A DNA stretch of 64,000 nt from Nitrospinales bacterium (lineage in GTDB: Bacteria; Nitrospinota; Nitrospinia; Nitrospinales; VA-1), in contig CBDCXL010000002.1 in assembly GCA_965223795.1 (NCBI GenBank), positions 1,088,001-1,152,000 on the forward strand. Reading direction: 5' to 3'. A model generated the notes under the pieces. It was not told the origin of the DNA. It did not search any database and worked only from the letters and a program-made list of their open reading frames with translations. A program made the translations under genes and the position numbers. Below, one piece after another: positions 12,099-22,611 of the stretch; the stretch's first letter is position 1, and each line of letters begins with the position of its first letter.

Positions 12099-12346
12099 GG
12101 TTCTTTCTTGAAAAGAAGCTCGGGCGAGCTTTAAAGTGTCGAAATTGAATTCTGAGTGGGGTCTATGCTACCTTATTGCCGCCCTGGAATGCAACCGGGC
12201 GCGGGCCGGGAAGCTGTGCGGCCGTTGCCTGGTTTGCCCGCGGCGGCAAGGCCGGAGAACACAGTGGAATTCGCCGATCGGATAGAACCGGTTTTTCGGC
12301 ACCCACACTGAGGATTCATGCGAACGGTTTGAGGAATGAGGTAACG

Positions 12347-12616
12347 ATGGTAGAGAAAGGATCGGAAGAAGAGCGGCTGCTGCTGGGCCGCTGGATCAAG
12401 ATGGGTCAGGGACTCATCGTGGCGGGATCGGCGCTCGGGGAATCCTATCTGGATCCCAATATCAAGCGGCCTGAGGATGTCGAGGAAAAATCGCAGAATT
12501 ACGTCCGCTACGATCACGAAGTCGCGGAAAAGCTGCCGCACTTCAAAGGCCGGTTCCGCTGGGACCTGGAAAAATATTACCGGGAAACCTTCGGCCCGTA
12601 CCTGCCGAAGGATTGA
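12347..12616 (+). CDS. Small hypothetical protein
   Basis: GAGG RBS before the ATG at 12347; typical codon usage; 89 aa. Confidence 0.65.
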   Translation: MVEKGSEEERLLLGRWIKMGQGLIVAGSALGESYLDPNIKRPEDVEEKSQNYVRYDHEVAEKLPHFKGRFRWDLEKYYRETFGPYLPKD

Positions 12617-12703
12617 AACCGGCCCCGGCGGTCACTGAGACGCGGCAGCCCGGTTTCCGATGTTCTGATTTGAAACAAATCTAAAAATAAATTCACCGAT
12701 CGC

Positions 12704-13027
12704 ATGTCGCTTGTCAACCTGAAGGAATATGCCGAACCTCCGGAAGAAGGTTCCGGGGTGTTGGTTTCTTTCAAACATCCCTTCACAGATATCCCCTACA
12801 AAATCGCGCTGTTTCAGGTGCAAGGGACCTATTACGCCCTGCCCGATCAGTGCAAGAAATGCGGCGGCAGCCTCAGCCGGGGCGCGTTGAACGGCCTGTT
12901 CGCGTTCTGCAACAACGAGGAATGCGGCTGGAACCTCAAAAAGGGATTCTGCAAATTCGACCGCACGATGGTCACCCCCACCTACAAAGTTTCCGTCGAA
13001 GAAGAAGGCCTGATCATCAATATCTAA
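12704..13027 (+). CDS. Rieske/NirD-like ferredoxin-fold protein with atypical ligands
   Basis: IALFQVQGTYYAL..C...GGSLSRG.L.G....C.....W....G.C...TYKVSVE follows the Rieske ferredoxin spacing, but both His ligands are absent. Confidence 0.7.
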   Translation: MSLVNLKEYAEPPEEGSGVLVSFKHPFTDIPYKIALFQVQGTYYALPDQCKKCGGSLSRGALNGLFAFCNNEECGWNLKKGFCKFDRTMVTPTYKVSVEEEGLIINI

Positions 13028-13233
13028 CAGGGTCAGCATGCCGCTGGCCCAATACAACGTGCGATGGATTTTCCTGAACGCGTTCCGGTCTTGCCGCATT
13101 GGGTACGAGCTTTCTTTCCCCCCTCCCCGTCAGGAGACTTTTGCAATCGTTCTTCTCTCTGCATGCTGAGCACTTCGCCCTTCGATAAGCTTCATTCGAT
13201 AATGCGTTCCCTCATCCAGCGCGCCGGGCAGGT

Positions 13234-14676
13234 TCAGCGCCGCCAGGCGTGGACTTTCTGTAAAAAGTTCAGCACGCCCTGGGGTGCGTGGGCTTTTTTC
13301 CATTCTCCGGCAGCGAATTTGTTGGCCTCGGCCATGGTCGGGTAGATGTGGATGGTGCTCAGGATGTCGTTGAGGCCGAGCCCGTGCTTCATGGCGGACA
13401 CGTACTCGGCGATCAGGTCGCCGGCGTGGTAACCGAGGATGGTGACGCCGAGGATCCTGTCCTTGCCGCGCTGGGTGAGCACCTTGACGACGCCGTGGTC
13501 CTCGCTGTCGGCGATGGCGCGGTCGAGGTCGTCGATGCCGTAGCGCGTGACTTCGTAATCGATGCCCTGCTGTTTCGCCTCTTTTTCGTTGACGCCCACA
13601 CGGGCCACCTCCGGATCGGTGAAGGTGCACCAGGGAATGACGCGGTAGTCGACCTTGAATTTCTTGAGCGGGCTGAACAGGGCGTTGACCGCGCAGTACC
13701 AGGCCTGGTGCGCCGCGGTGTGGGTGAACTGATACGGCCCGGCGACATCGCCGCAGGCGAAGATGTTGTCGTGGGTGGTGGTGCGCAGGTATTCGTCCAC
13801 CTCGATGGTGCCGCGTTGAGTGGTCTTCACGCCGATCTCCTCCAGCCCGAAGCCTTTGGAGTTGGCGGCGCGGCCGAGCGCCAGCAGCAGCCGGTCGAAC
13901 TCGACCCTTTCGGTCTGTCCGTCTTTGGTTTCGATGACGAGGTACTGCTTGCCGCCTTCCACCACCACCTCCTTGCCGGTGGCATTTTTACGCACATCGA
14001 CGCCTTCCGCGATGAAGCGCTTGCAGACGGCGTCGCTGATCTCGTCGTCCTCGCGGCTCAGGATGCAGGGGGCCTTTTCGACCTGGGTGACGCGCGTGCC
14101 CAGCCGGGCAAAGCATTGGGTCATCTCCGAGCCGATGGGGCCGCCGCCGAGCACCACCAGCTTTTCGGGCTGTTCGCGGATCTCCCACAGGTTGTCGGTG
14201 GTCAGGTAATCGACCTGATCGAGGCCTGGCAGCGGCGGCACGAAAGGCCGCGCGCCGGTGGCGATGATGATGTTTTTGGTGGTGAGGGTTTTGCCGTTGA
14301 CCTCGACCTCATGCGGCGAGAGGATTTTCGCCGCGCCGGTGATGCAGTCCACGCCGAGGCCGGTGTAGCGTTCGATGCTGTCGTGCGGCTCGACCTTCTT
14401 GATGACGTTCTGCACGCGCTCCATCACGTCGGCGAAATTGAATTGCGCCTCGGCGGAGGACAGGCCGTAATCCTTGTGCCGCTTGATGTAGGAAAGCATT
14501 TTGGCGGTGCGGATCAGCGCCTTGCTGGGAACGCATCCGGTGTTGAGGCAGTCCCCGCCCATCTTGTGTTTTTCGATCAGCGCCACTTTGGCTTTCACCG
14601 CCGCTGAAATGTAGGATGAGACCAGTCCGGCGGAACCCGCTCCGATCACGATGACGTTGTAGTCCATTTTGGCCAT
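13234..14676 (-). CDS. Pyridine nucleotide-disulfide oxidoreductase (MerA/Lpd-like)
   Basis: GAGSAG, GGDCLNTGCVPSK, GGGPIG, IYPTMAE. No C-terminal Cys-Cys pair. Confidence 0.9.
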   Translation of the reverse strand: MAKMDYNVIVIGAGSAGLVSSYISAAVKAKVALIEKHKMGGDCLNTGCVPSKALIRTAKMLSYIKRHKDYGLSSAEAQFNFADVMERVQNVIKKVEPHDSIERYTGLGVDCITGAAKILSPHEVEVNGKTLTTKNIIIATGARPFVPPLPGLDQVDYLTTDNLWEIREQPEKLVVLGGGPIGSEMTQCFARLGTRVTQVEKAPCILSREDDEISDAVCKRFIAEGVDVRKNATGKEVVVEGGKQYLVIETKDGQTERVEFDRLLLALGRAANSKGFGLEEIGVKTTQRGTIEVDEYLRTTTHDNIFACGDVAGPYQFTHTAAHQAWYCAVNALFSPLKKFKVDYRVIPWCTFTDPEVARVGVNEKEAKQQGIDYEVTRYGIDDLDRAIADSEDHGVVKVLTQRGKDRILGVTILGYHAGDLIAEYVSAMKHGLGLNDILSTIHIYPTMAEANKFAAGEWKKAHAPQGVLNFLQKVHAWRR

Positions 14677-14818
14677 GATTCTGTTTCCCGTTGAATTGCC
14701 GGTTGTGGTATTGGAATGCGCTTCCTGTTGATATCACGAATGGAGTCGCTCAAGGGAATGAATCATTACAAAAAACGAATTCACGCCGTCCGTCTGGCGG
14801 AATCCGGTGCGCGGGTTT

Positions 14819-17308
14819 TCAGCGTGAGCTGGAGAAAAAGATGCCGAGATGGATCTTGAAGGCTTTTTCGTAATAGCCCTCTTTCCAGTGGATGGCGAGC
14901 TGGACCTGTTCCTTGGTGAGGTTCTGCGCGTCGTAAAAGACGGTGTTGGACACTTCGGCGTTGGTGAGATCGGCGTCCTTGAAATCGACGCCGGTCAGGT
15001 CAGCCGATTCCAGGTTGGTCTCGCGCAGGTCGGCGCCTGTGAGGTTGGCGTTGGTGAGATCGGCGCCGGAAAGATCGGCGAAGCGCAGGTCGGCGCCGCT
15101 CAGGTTGGCGTCCCGCAGGTTCGCGCCTTTGAGCTGCGCGAGGTGCAGGTTCGCGCCCACCAGGGAGGCCCCCCTGAGCTTGGCGTTATCCATGAACGCC
15201 GCTTCGCCGAGAAGGTAGTTCAGGTTGGCGCGTTCGAGCTTGGCGCCGCGCACCCATTTGAGGCTGTTCGGGTCGTCGGGATCGTAATTCACCGGTTTGA
15301 CGGAAACGTCGCGCTGGGAAAGGTTGGCCTTGAGCCGGTCGAGCAGGCCTTGCGGCAGCTTTTTGTACTCGGGCAGCGCGCCGAAAGCGTTTGCGGGAAT
15401 CCAGCCGTCCTGCCACGGCAGCAGTCTGAGTTTCACGCTCGGGTCTTTCAGGTTGCCCTCGATGGCCTTGTGGGACAGGGTCGCGGTGACGGAAAGCACG
15501 GGCAGCACGATGAGCAGGGTGATGACCAGCACGCTCCAGGCGGGCAGCTGTCTGTTGCGCAGGGTCTGCTTGGCAAGCAGATGCAGCGCGATGGCGAAAA
15601 AGATGGACAGGACGAGCAGCATGATCTGCAGGCGCGTGCCGGTCCAGTCGTGACGGTTGAGGTAGCGCATCCAGAAGGCCGCGAGCAGCATCGGCAGGGC
15701 GTACCAGCACATGGTCACCACCAGCAGGTTGCGCAGCCGGTTGAGCACGGCCTCCAGGCTGAGGTTGTCTTTCAAAACGGTGAGGAAACGCCTGCGCTTG
15801 TTTTTGCGTGTGGAAAAATTCCGCACCCAGGTGTTCAAAAGCCAGGGGTAGATCTTTTCATCGAGCGGCGTGCCGTCTGGAAACACCGCCGGCAGTTTGG
15901 AGATGAGCCGCCATTGATGCTGCAGCTGCAGTTGAAAGTACAGGTACAGTCCGAGCAGGATCACCGGCGCGAAGAAATAAAAACCGGCGATGGGAAACGG
16001 CGTCTGGATGACGGGCAGCGGCGAGGTGGTGGCGTTGGTCAACAGCCGGATGTCGTCGGTGGCGGCGATGGTCAGGCCGGAAAACGCCATGCCGGCGATG
16101 AGCCAGGCGTACAGCTTGCGCGCGATGAGCGAAGCCTCGGACACCGCCTTGAGTCCGTCGAAGGCGCGGATCTCCTCGGGCAGCTCCGCGTTGGTGACCA
16201 CCGCGCCGCCCAGGTGCATGCCCGCCGTTTTGGTGCCGCTCAGACCGGCGCGGATCAACAGCGCATTGCGGAAATTCGTGCCCGTGAGGTCGGCGCGCGT
16301 CAGATCGGCGTCGGTGAGGTCGGCGCCGGTCAGGTCGGCGTGCGCCAGGTTGACCTTTCCCGGCACTTCCAGGTCGAGCTGCGTGCGCGACAGGTCCGCC
16401 CCCATCAGCCGGCAGCGCGACAGGTCCGCCGCCTCGAGCCGGGCGTTCCGGAGACAGGAGTCGCGCAGGTCCGCGCCGGTGAGTTTCGCGCCCGAGAGGT
16501 TGGCCTTGTCCCACTTGGAATGCCTAAGGCTCGCGCCGGTCAGATCGGAAAAAGCCAGGTTGGCGCGCGACAGATTGGTTTCCTTCATCACCGCGTCGCG
16601 CAGCCGCGTCATCTGCAGGCTGGACTGGGTGAGGTCGGTCTTGCACAGATTGGCCGCGGTCAGATCGGCTTCCTGCAGCGTCGCCTCGGACACGGACGCA
16701 CCGGAAAGGTTGGCGCGCGTCAGCAGAGCCTGTTTCAGGCTGGCGTGGGTCAGATTCGCTTCGCTGAGATCGGCCCCGGTCAGGTCGGCCTTGTCCAACT
16801 GGGCGTGAACGAGCGAGGCTTCCGACATTTTGGTCCGCACCATCTGCGCCCCCTGCAGATTGGTGTCGTTGAGCACGGCTTTGGAAAAATCGGTTCCCGT
16901 CAGGTTGGCGGCGCCGAGGTAGACTTTGTTGAGCACCGCGCCGGAGAAATTCACGTTTTCGATGTCGGCGCCTTCCAGCAAAGCCTCATCGAGGCTGGCG
17001 CCGGAAAGGTCGGCGCCTTTAAGGGTCGCGCCGCGGAAGTTGGCGCGCCCGAGCCGAGCTCCCTTGAGGTTGGCGCCGGACAGGTCGACGCGCATGAGGT
17101 TGGCGCCGCTCAGGTCCGCCCCCTCGAAATTCACTTCGTACAGGTTCTGCCCGGAGAGGTCGGCGAACTTGAGGTCGTAGTTGCTGAAATCGGGCTTGCG
17201 CACCGATTCCGGGTTCAGCTGCCAGCGCTGAACCTCGCGCAGTTTTTCATCCCACTCCTGCCGCGTTACCTTCACTTTCGTCATCCATTTCTCTTCGGTC
17301 TCGGCCAT
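14819..17308 (-). CDS. Pentapeptide-repeat membrane protein
   Basis: Long A(D/N)LxG-type repeat tracts at both ends flanking several hydrophobic helices. Confidence 0.9.
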   Translation of the reverse strand: MAETEEKWMTKVKVTRQEWDEKLREVQRWQLNPESVRKPDFSNYDLKFADLSGQNLYEVNFEGADLSGANLMRVDLSGANLKGARLGRANFRGATLKGADLSGASLDEALLEGADIENVNFSGAVLNKVYLGAANLTGTDFSKAVLNDTNLQGAQMVRTKMSEASLVHAQLDKADLTGADLSEANLTHASLKQALLTRANLSGASVSEATLQEADLTAANLCKTDLTQSSLQMTRLRDAVMKETNLSRANLAFSDLTGASLRHSKWDKANLSGAKLTGADLRDSCLRNARLEAADLSRCRLMGADLSRTQLDLEVPGKVNLAHADLTGADLTDADLTRADLTGTNFRNALLIRAGLSGTKTAGMHLGGAVVTNAELPEEIRAFDGLKAVSEASLIARKLYAWLIAGMAFSGLTIAATDDIRLLTNATTSPLPVIQTPFPIAGFYFFAPVILLGLYLYFQLQLQHQWRLISKLPAVFPDGTPLDEKIYPWLLNTWVRNFSTRKNKRRRFLTVLKDNLSLEAVLNRLRNLLVVTMCWYALPMLLAAFWMRYLNRHDWTGTRLQIMLLVLSIFFAIALHLLAKQTLRNRQLPAWSVLVITLLIVLPVLSVTATLSHKAIEGNLKDPSVKLRLLPWQDGWIPANAFGALPEYKKLPQGLLDRLKANLSQRDVSVKPVNYDPDDPNSLKWVRGAKLERANLNYLLGEAAFMDNAKLRGASLVGANLHLAQLKGANLRDANLSGADLRFADLSGADLTNANLTGADLRETNLESADLTGVDFKDADLTNAEVSNTVFYDAQNLTKEQVQLAIHWKEGYYEKAFKIHLGIFFSSSR

Positions 17309-17428
17309 GCCCCGCTACCTGATGGAATTTGGGTGAATTGAGGGGAGTTTAGCAGAATTTCGGCAGAAATGGACGACGCAAAAACACGATATTTCGAATT
17401 TTTCCTCACATTCGTCCCGCAATCCCGG

Positions 17429-20170
17429 TCAGATTTTCCATCCGCGCAGCGCCATGAGCTTCAACAGCGCCGGCAGCAGGGTGATGGAAGCGAGCATGCA
17501 GCAGCCGACGCCGATCGACAACACCAGCCCGAGACTGAAAATGCCCTGGTGGTCGGCCACCATCATGCTGCCGAAACCGGCGATGGTGGTGAGCGCGCTC
17601 AAGATCACGGACAGCCCGGTGCTTTTCGGAAGCACAGCGTCCGCAGGATTGCCCTCTTCGCGGAAGCGGTGGATGATGTGGATGCCGTTGACGACGCCGA
17701 TGCCGAGGATGAGCGGCAGGATCACCAGGTTGGCGAAATTGAACCGCAGTTCGATGAGGTGCATCAGCCCGAGCGTCCACACGAAGCCGACGAGCACGGG
17801 AAGAAAGATCAACGCCGCGGTGCGCGGGTTGCGGAACAGGATGAGCACGAACAGCAGGATCGCCGTGAACGCGTAAAGGCCGCCGGTGACGTAGCCTTCC
17901 TTCATCAGCCGGCTCGATTCGAACATATGCACGGCGTTGCCGACCACGCCGGGATCGATGCCGCGCAGTTCCCGCAAAAACGCTTCGCGCTGCTCGATGT
18001 CCCAGATGTCGACTGCGGGATACACGGAAATCATAAAACGCCCGTTTGCGCTCACCATTCTTTTTTTCAATTCCTGGGGAACGTTCTGCAAGGTGACCGG
18101 GGAAGGTTCCGCGTTGGCCTTCAGGTCGCCCATTTTTTCGCGATAATCGGCGAACAGCCGCTGGTTGAAACCGGTCAGCCGCTGCTCAGCCGTGTCGGCG
18201 TCCACCTCTTTGAGCGTCTCGCGCACGGTCTGCACCCAGCGGCCCGCTTCGGCGACGGCGTCTTTGGGATCTTCCTCTTCCTTGCTTCTAAGCTTGAAGC
18301 CGATGCGCTTTAAGGTGCGCTTGAGGGAACCGACGAACACGGGTTCGTCCTCTTCGGCGACGTCGAGGGCTTTGAGTTCGGGAGCCAGTGTCTGAATGGT
18401 TTCGATTTTTTCCTGCTGGTTCTCGGGAATCAGGGAGACGACGCTTTCCACCGCGGAAACAGTGGACAGCTTCTTGGCGGCCTTGTGAATTTTGCGGGCA
18501 TCCTCTAAAGAATCGGCGATGAGCGCCGCCGACCAGGCCGAGCGCCCGGCCTTATCCAGGATTTTCAGTTCATAGCGCACCGCTTCGGTGTTTTTCGCCT
18601 GCAGGTTGAGCAGGTTGTAGTCGAAGCGCACGTCCTTGAGCGTGAACGCCGCCGCGCCGAACAAGGCGAGACAGACGACGATGATGGCGCGGTGGTGCCG
18701 GTAAAATCCAGCGAGCCATTTTTTTTTGTCGGCGGTCCGCGCATTGGCGTCGTAGCGGGTTTTGCGCCCGCGTTCCTCCAGAACCACCAGCGACGGCAGC
18801 AGCAGGACCATCGCCAGCATGCACAGCAGGATGCCGCCGCCGGCGATCCAGCCCAGTTCCGCGATGCCGATGAAATCGGTGAGCGCCATGGCGCCGAAAG
18901 CGATGGCGGTGGTGACGGCGCCGGCGAAGTTGCCGCGCCCGGTTCCCTGCAGCGTGATGCCAAGCGCGGTGCGCGTGTCGCGGCCCGCCTGCCGCTCTTC
19001 CTTGAAACGCTCGAGGATGTGGATGCCGAAGTCGATCCCCAGGCCGATGAGGATGGTGGTGAACACGACGGACAGGATGTTGAGATGGCCCACGGTGAGG
19101 GTGGTGAAACCCATCGACCAGCACAGCGCGACGATCAGGCAGAACACCGCCATCAGCGGTTTGACGAGGCCGCGGAACGCCACGATGAACAGGATGGAAA
19201 CGCCCGCCAGCGCAATAAACGACGCTTTCTGCACGTCGACCTGGGTGGTGACCATCTCGTCGGAAGCGATCACGTCTTCGCCGGTGATGCCGACGCGGAT
19301 TCCGGGAAACGCCGCTTTGGCTTCCTCGATCAGACCGCGCGCGTACTCGACGGATTGTTTGTAGCCGGTGAACACGGCCTTGTCCTCGCGCGGTGTGATC
19401 AGGATGAACAGCAGCTCGCCGTCGCCGGAGGTGAGGTAGCCTTCCTGCTTGAGGGTGGGCTCCTCATCGGAGAAAAACGACGACCAGGGAGAGCGGTAAC
19501 GCGCGTCGCCTTTGAGGTGCGCGTCCATCTGCTTGAGCAGGGCGATCAACAGGCTCAGATCCTGGGTGTCGTCTTTTTTTTCTGCGCCGGTGCCGAGAAA
19601 ATCGCCCATCAGGGTGTCCACCATGCCGGAGCTGATCTCTGAGTTGATGCTTTTCAACAGCTGATTGAGGCCGGGCGCGGCGTTGACGCTGTCGAGAAAC
19701 TCCCGGTGCCCGCGGATCTTTTCTCCCAGCTCCACGATGTCCTCTTCGTTCAGGTACAAGAGGGCGCGGGTTTTGAAATGACTTGTGTCGATTTTGTAAA
19801 AGATCTCGGAAAAGGCGTCCGGGTGGAGTTTGAATTTTTCGACCAGCGCTTCGGCGAAGGCTTTCTGGCGTTCGGGATCGTCGTCCTCGACGACGATCAC
19901 CATACCGTCGAAATCGGGAAATTCCTCGCGGAACGCTTCATGGCGCTGCACGTAAGGCAGGTCTTTGGCGACGAGATCGCTGCGCCCGGTCTTGAAGGTC
20001 AGCTTCTCCAGCGTCACCCAGGCGGACAGCACCGCGAGCAGCACCGACACGATGAGCACGAGAACAGCGTGGCGGTAAGCCAGCCGTTCCAGCAGCGCGA
20101 ACAGGCGCGCGAACGGGGACAGGTCTTTGGGATTTTGTGTTTGGCCTTTGTGCTGCGCTTCAGCGTTCAT
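17429..20170 (-). CDS. MMPL/RND family transporter, HpnN-like (hopanoid transport)
   Basis: Two TM bundles with GLGIDFGIH and LGIGVVNGIH motifs; FDYNLLNLQ is typical of HpnN; 913 aa. Confidence 0.85.
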   Translation of the reverse strand: MNAEAQHKGQTQNPKDLSPFARLFALLERLAYRHAVLVLIVSVLLAVLSAWVTLEKLTFKTGRSDLVAKDLPYVQRHEAFREEFPDFDGMVIVVEDDDPERQKAFAEALVEKFKLHPDAFSEIFYKIDTSHFKTRALLYLNEEDIVELGEKIRGHREFLDSVNAAPGLNQLLKSINSEISSGMVDTLMGDFLGTGAEKKDDTQDLSLLIALLKQMDAHLKGDARYRSPWSSFFSDEEPTLKQEGYLTSGDGELLFILITPREDKAVFTGYKQSVEYARGLIEEAKAAFPGIRVGITGEDVIASDEMVTTQVDVQKASFIALAGVSILFIVAFRGLVKPLMAVFCLIVALCWSMGFTTLTVGHLNILSVVFTTILIGLGIDFGIHILERFKEERQAGRDTRTALGITLQGTGRGNFAGAVTTAIAFGAMALTDFIGIAELGWIAGGGILLCMLAMVLLLPSLVVLEERGRKTRYDANARTADKKKWLAGFYRHHRAIIVVCLALFGAAAFTLKDVRFDYNLLNLQAKNTEAVRYELKILDKAGRSAWSAALIADSLEDARKIHKAAKKLSTVSAVESVVSLIPENQQEKIETIQTLAPELKALDVAEEDEPVFVGSLKRTLKRIGFKLRSKEEEDPKDAVAEAGRWVQTVRETLKEVDADTAEQRLTGFNQRLFADYREKMGDLKANAEPSPVTLQNVPQELKKRMVSANGRFMISVYPAVDIWDIEQREAFLRELRGIDPGVVGNAVHMFESSRLMKEGYVTGGLYAFTAILLFVLILFRNPRTAALIFLPVLVGFVWTLGLMHLIELRFNFANLVILPLILGIGVVNGIHIIHRFREEGNPADAVLPKSTGLSVILSALTTIAGFGSMMVADHQGIFSLGLVLSIGVGCCMLASITLLPALLKLMALRGWKI

Positions 20171-20363
20171 GGGATCGAGATGCTCTGTTGTGACGGAATG
20201 GGAAGCCGAATGGCCGCCGCGTGCCTGCCCTTACGGGTTCGCGCGGCTTCTACCATCAAACCACAAAGCCGTTTCGAATCCAGGGAAAAAATAGCCGGCG
20301 GAACCGGGGCGGGAGGGCGCATTGAAGGGAGGGGTGCGCTGGCACCGGGCACATGCGTGCGGC

Positions 20364-20975
20364 TTAAAACCGGAAACCGAGGCTGAAGATGTGCGCGTTC
20401 AGGCCGATGTTGGGCAGTTCGATGCCGGCGTTGGAGACGTGAAAAAACCGGTAATTGAGGGAAATTGCATTTTTGCCGAGATAATACTCGATCCCGGCGC
20501 CGGAGTGCAGCAGAAACTGAAACTCGGAGCCGAGTTCGCGTGTGGCCGCATCCTTCCAGTTGGTGTAGGAAAACCCCACGCCCGCCAGGATGTTGGGCGC
20601 CCAGTTGCGTTTCGGGTTTTGAAACTTGTACTGCACCATGCCGGGAGAAAATCCCAGCAGGTATTCGCCGTTGCGGTTGAGCACGGAAGCGAAGCCGGCC
20701 TCGACATGCCAGAACAGCGAACCCTGATACCAGGAATCGCCCACCTGGCCGGTGAGGTTCTGCTGATAGTTGGGAAAGAAAAACAGGAAACTGAGATCCG
20801 TTCTGTCGACTCCGCCGGGAATGTCGTCGGTGTAGCCCCAGCCGGCCTGGAGGCCGAAGGAGGAGTCGCCTTTTTCGAATCGCGAAGAACCGTCTCTGTC
20901 CTGAGCCGGAACCGAGGAGGGAAAAATCAGAAGCCCCGCAAACAACCAGAACCACAATCCGATGAATCGCCGCAT
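20364..20975 (-). CDS. Lipid A 3-O-deacylase/acyloxyacyl hydrolase (PagL-like) outer-membrane protein
   Basis: Signal peptide, LGSEFQF, HVSNAG (His-x-Ser catalytic motif), PNIGLN, C-terminal Phe. Confidence 0.85.
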   Translation of the reverse strand: MRRFIGLWFWLFAGLLIFPSSVPAQDRDGSSRFEKGDSSFGLQAGWGYTDDIPGGVDRTDLSFLFFFPNYQQNLTGQVGDSWYQGSLFWHVEAGFASVLNRNGEYLLGFSPGMVQYKFQNPKRNWAPNILAGVGFSYTNWKDAATRELGSEFQFLLHSGAGIEYYLGKNAISLNYRFFHVSNAGIELPNIGLNAHIFSLGFRF

Positions 20976-21255
20976 GAATCCTTCTGAACGTATGTTTAGG
21001 ATGCCCGAATTCATAAAGGTTGCATGTTAGCACAATATCGGTTGAGACCCAGCAAAATTCTTGATTTCCGATAATTTACAAGAAGTACCACTTATAATTC
21101 GATATTTTTCCGGCAGGCAACTCGCGTCCCCTTATTTCATAAAGAGCGCTCGTGGCCAGACGCTGTTTTTGCAGCGCCTTAATATTTGTGCGGTCTCGCC
21201 GGCGGATGTTATAATCGCTTTTTGTCGATTAAAACTGCACAGAAAGGGTTTCGCT

Positions 21256-21540
21256 ATGATGGGGATCGGTTTCCCGGAATTGATGATCATCCTGGTGATC
21301 ATCATGATCATTTTTGGCGCCGGAAAGCTGCCGGAGATCGGAAGCGCGTTCGGCAACAGCATCAAAAATTTCAAAAAATCCATGAAAGAGGCCGACGAGA
21401 TCAAGGAAGAGGCGGATGTCAACCCGGAAGCCAGCGAGGGCGATGCGGACACGCCTCCGGAAGTGGAAGCGGGAGAAACCGACCCCTCCAAAGTGCAGGA
21501 AACCCCGGTCCCCTCGGCAGAAGAGCCCCAGGCAAAATAG
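21256..21540 (+). CDS. tatA: Twin-arginine translocase subunit TatA
   Basis: [37 protein letters not shown]. Confidence 0.95.
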   Translation: MMGIGFPELMIILVIIMIIFGAGKLPEIGSAFGNSIKNFKKSMKEADEIKEEADVNPEASEGDADTPPEVEAGETDPSKVQETPVPSAEEPQAK

Positions 21541-21745
21541 GCCGCTCCCAGCGGCTATAACGGGGTGCTGACAGCGCTTTGCCCACCCCCCTCTCATTCG
21601 TCGGCGAAGCTCCATTTGATTGAATCGATTCGGTGCCACGGTCATCTAAATTCCGGGCACATCTGATCCGGCGGGGGCAGTCCGGCAGACCGGGGAAACG
21701 GCATTTCCCCGGATTTGAGGACCCTCCCCGGAAGAGACAGGCTCT

Positions 21746-22375
21746 ATGGCGTTCACGCAAAACAAGGAAGGCAAGGAAGCGGAAAACGAACTGGTCCGTG
21801 CCCTGCAGAACGGCGATCTCAAGGCGTTCGACAAGCTGGTCGAGCTCTACCAGAAGAAGATCTACGGATTGAGCTTCAACCTGACGCGCAACGCCATGGA
21901 CGCGCAGGACATCACCCAGGAAGTTCTGCTCACGATTTTTAAAAAGATCAACACGTTTCAGGGCCGCTCGGCGTTCTCCAGCTGGGTCTACCGCATCACG
22001 CTGAACGCGGCGTACATGAAACTGCGGAGCAAGAAAAAAGAACCCAACGTTTCCCTCGACGATCTTTTGCCGTCGTACAACAGTTCGGGATATCAGAAAG
22101 ACAAGATTCAGGACTGGTCGGAAAACACAGAGTCGCTGCTGTTCAGCAACGAGACGAAGGAAGTGATACAAAAAGCGGTCGACCAGCTGCCGGAAAAAGA
22201 AAAAGTGGTTTTCATCCTCCGCGATGTGGACGGGCTGTCGACTGAAAAGGTCAGCGAAATTCTGGATCTCACCATTCCAGCCGTGAAGTCCCGGCTGCAC
22301 CGGGCGCGGCTGTTTTTGAGGAAGAAGCTTTCCAATTATTTTGATGAGTATCAATTCCAGGAGAAAAAGAAATGA
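21746..22375 (+). CDS. ECF RNA polymerase sigma-70 factor
   Basis: DAQDITQEV, FSSWVYRI, VKSRLHRAR. Confidence 0.95.
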   Translation: MAFTQNKEGKEAENELVRALQNGDLKAFDKLVELYQKKIYGLSFNLTRNAMDAQDITQEVLLTIFKKINTFQGRSAFSSWVYRITLNAAYMKLRSKKKEPNVSLDDLLPSYNSSGYQKDKIQDWSENTESLLFSNETKEVIQKAVDQLPEKEKVVFILRDVDGLSTEKVSEILDLTIPAVKSRLHRARLFLRKKLSNYFDEYQFQEKKK

Positions 22376-22611
22376 TGTGCTGTAAAGAATGCCTGGACCT
22401 TTTGTCGGATTATCTGGACGGGACGCTGGACGACCAGACAAGCGCGTCATTGGAAGAGCATTTTCAGGACTGCCCGCCGTGCATTGCTTTTCTCAACACC
22501 TACCGCTCCACCACGCAACTGGCCCGCGACTCCCTGGGGCAGATTGAAATTCCGGAACTGGTGCAGCAGAAACTCAAAGAGTTCTTAAAGCTGCACACGC
22601 GAAAAAAGTAA
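22372..22611 (+). CDS. Zinc-binding (zf-HC2/ZAS) soluble anti-sigma factor
   Basis: LSDYLDGTL and HFQDCPPC (HxxxCxxC). Overlaps the sigma stop (ATGA). No TM helix. Confidence 0.88.
   Translation: MMCCKECLDLLSDYLDGTLDDQTSASLEEHFQDCPPCIAFLNTYRSTTQLARDSLGQIEIPELVQQKLKEFLKLHTRKK

Noticed and set aside
10157..14676. Mercury resistance (merA) call for the two reductases
   Set aside because: No C-terminal Cys-Cys, no NmerA domain and no mer operon genes.
14849..17341. 830-aa plus-strand ORF
   Set aside because: Antisense shadow of the pentapeptide-repeat gene, caused by GC-rich codon bias.
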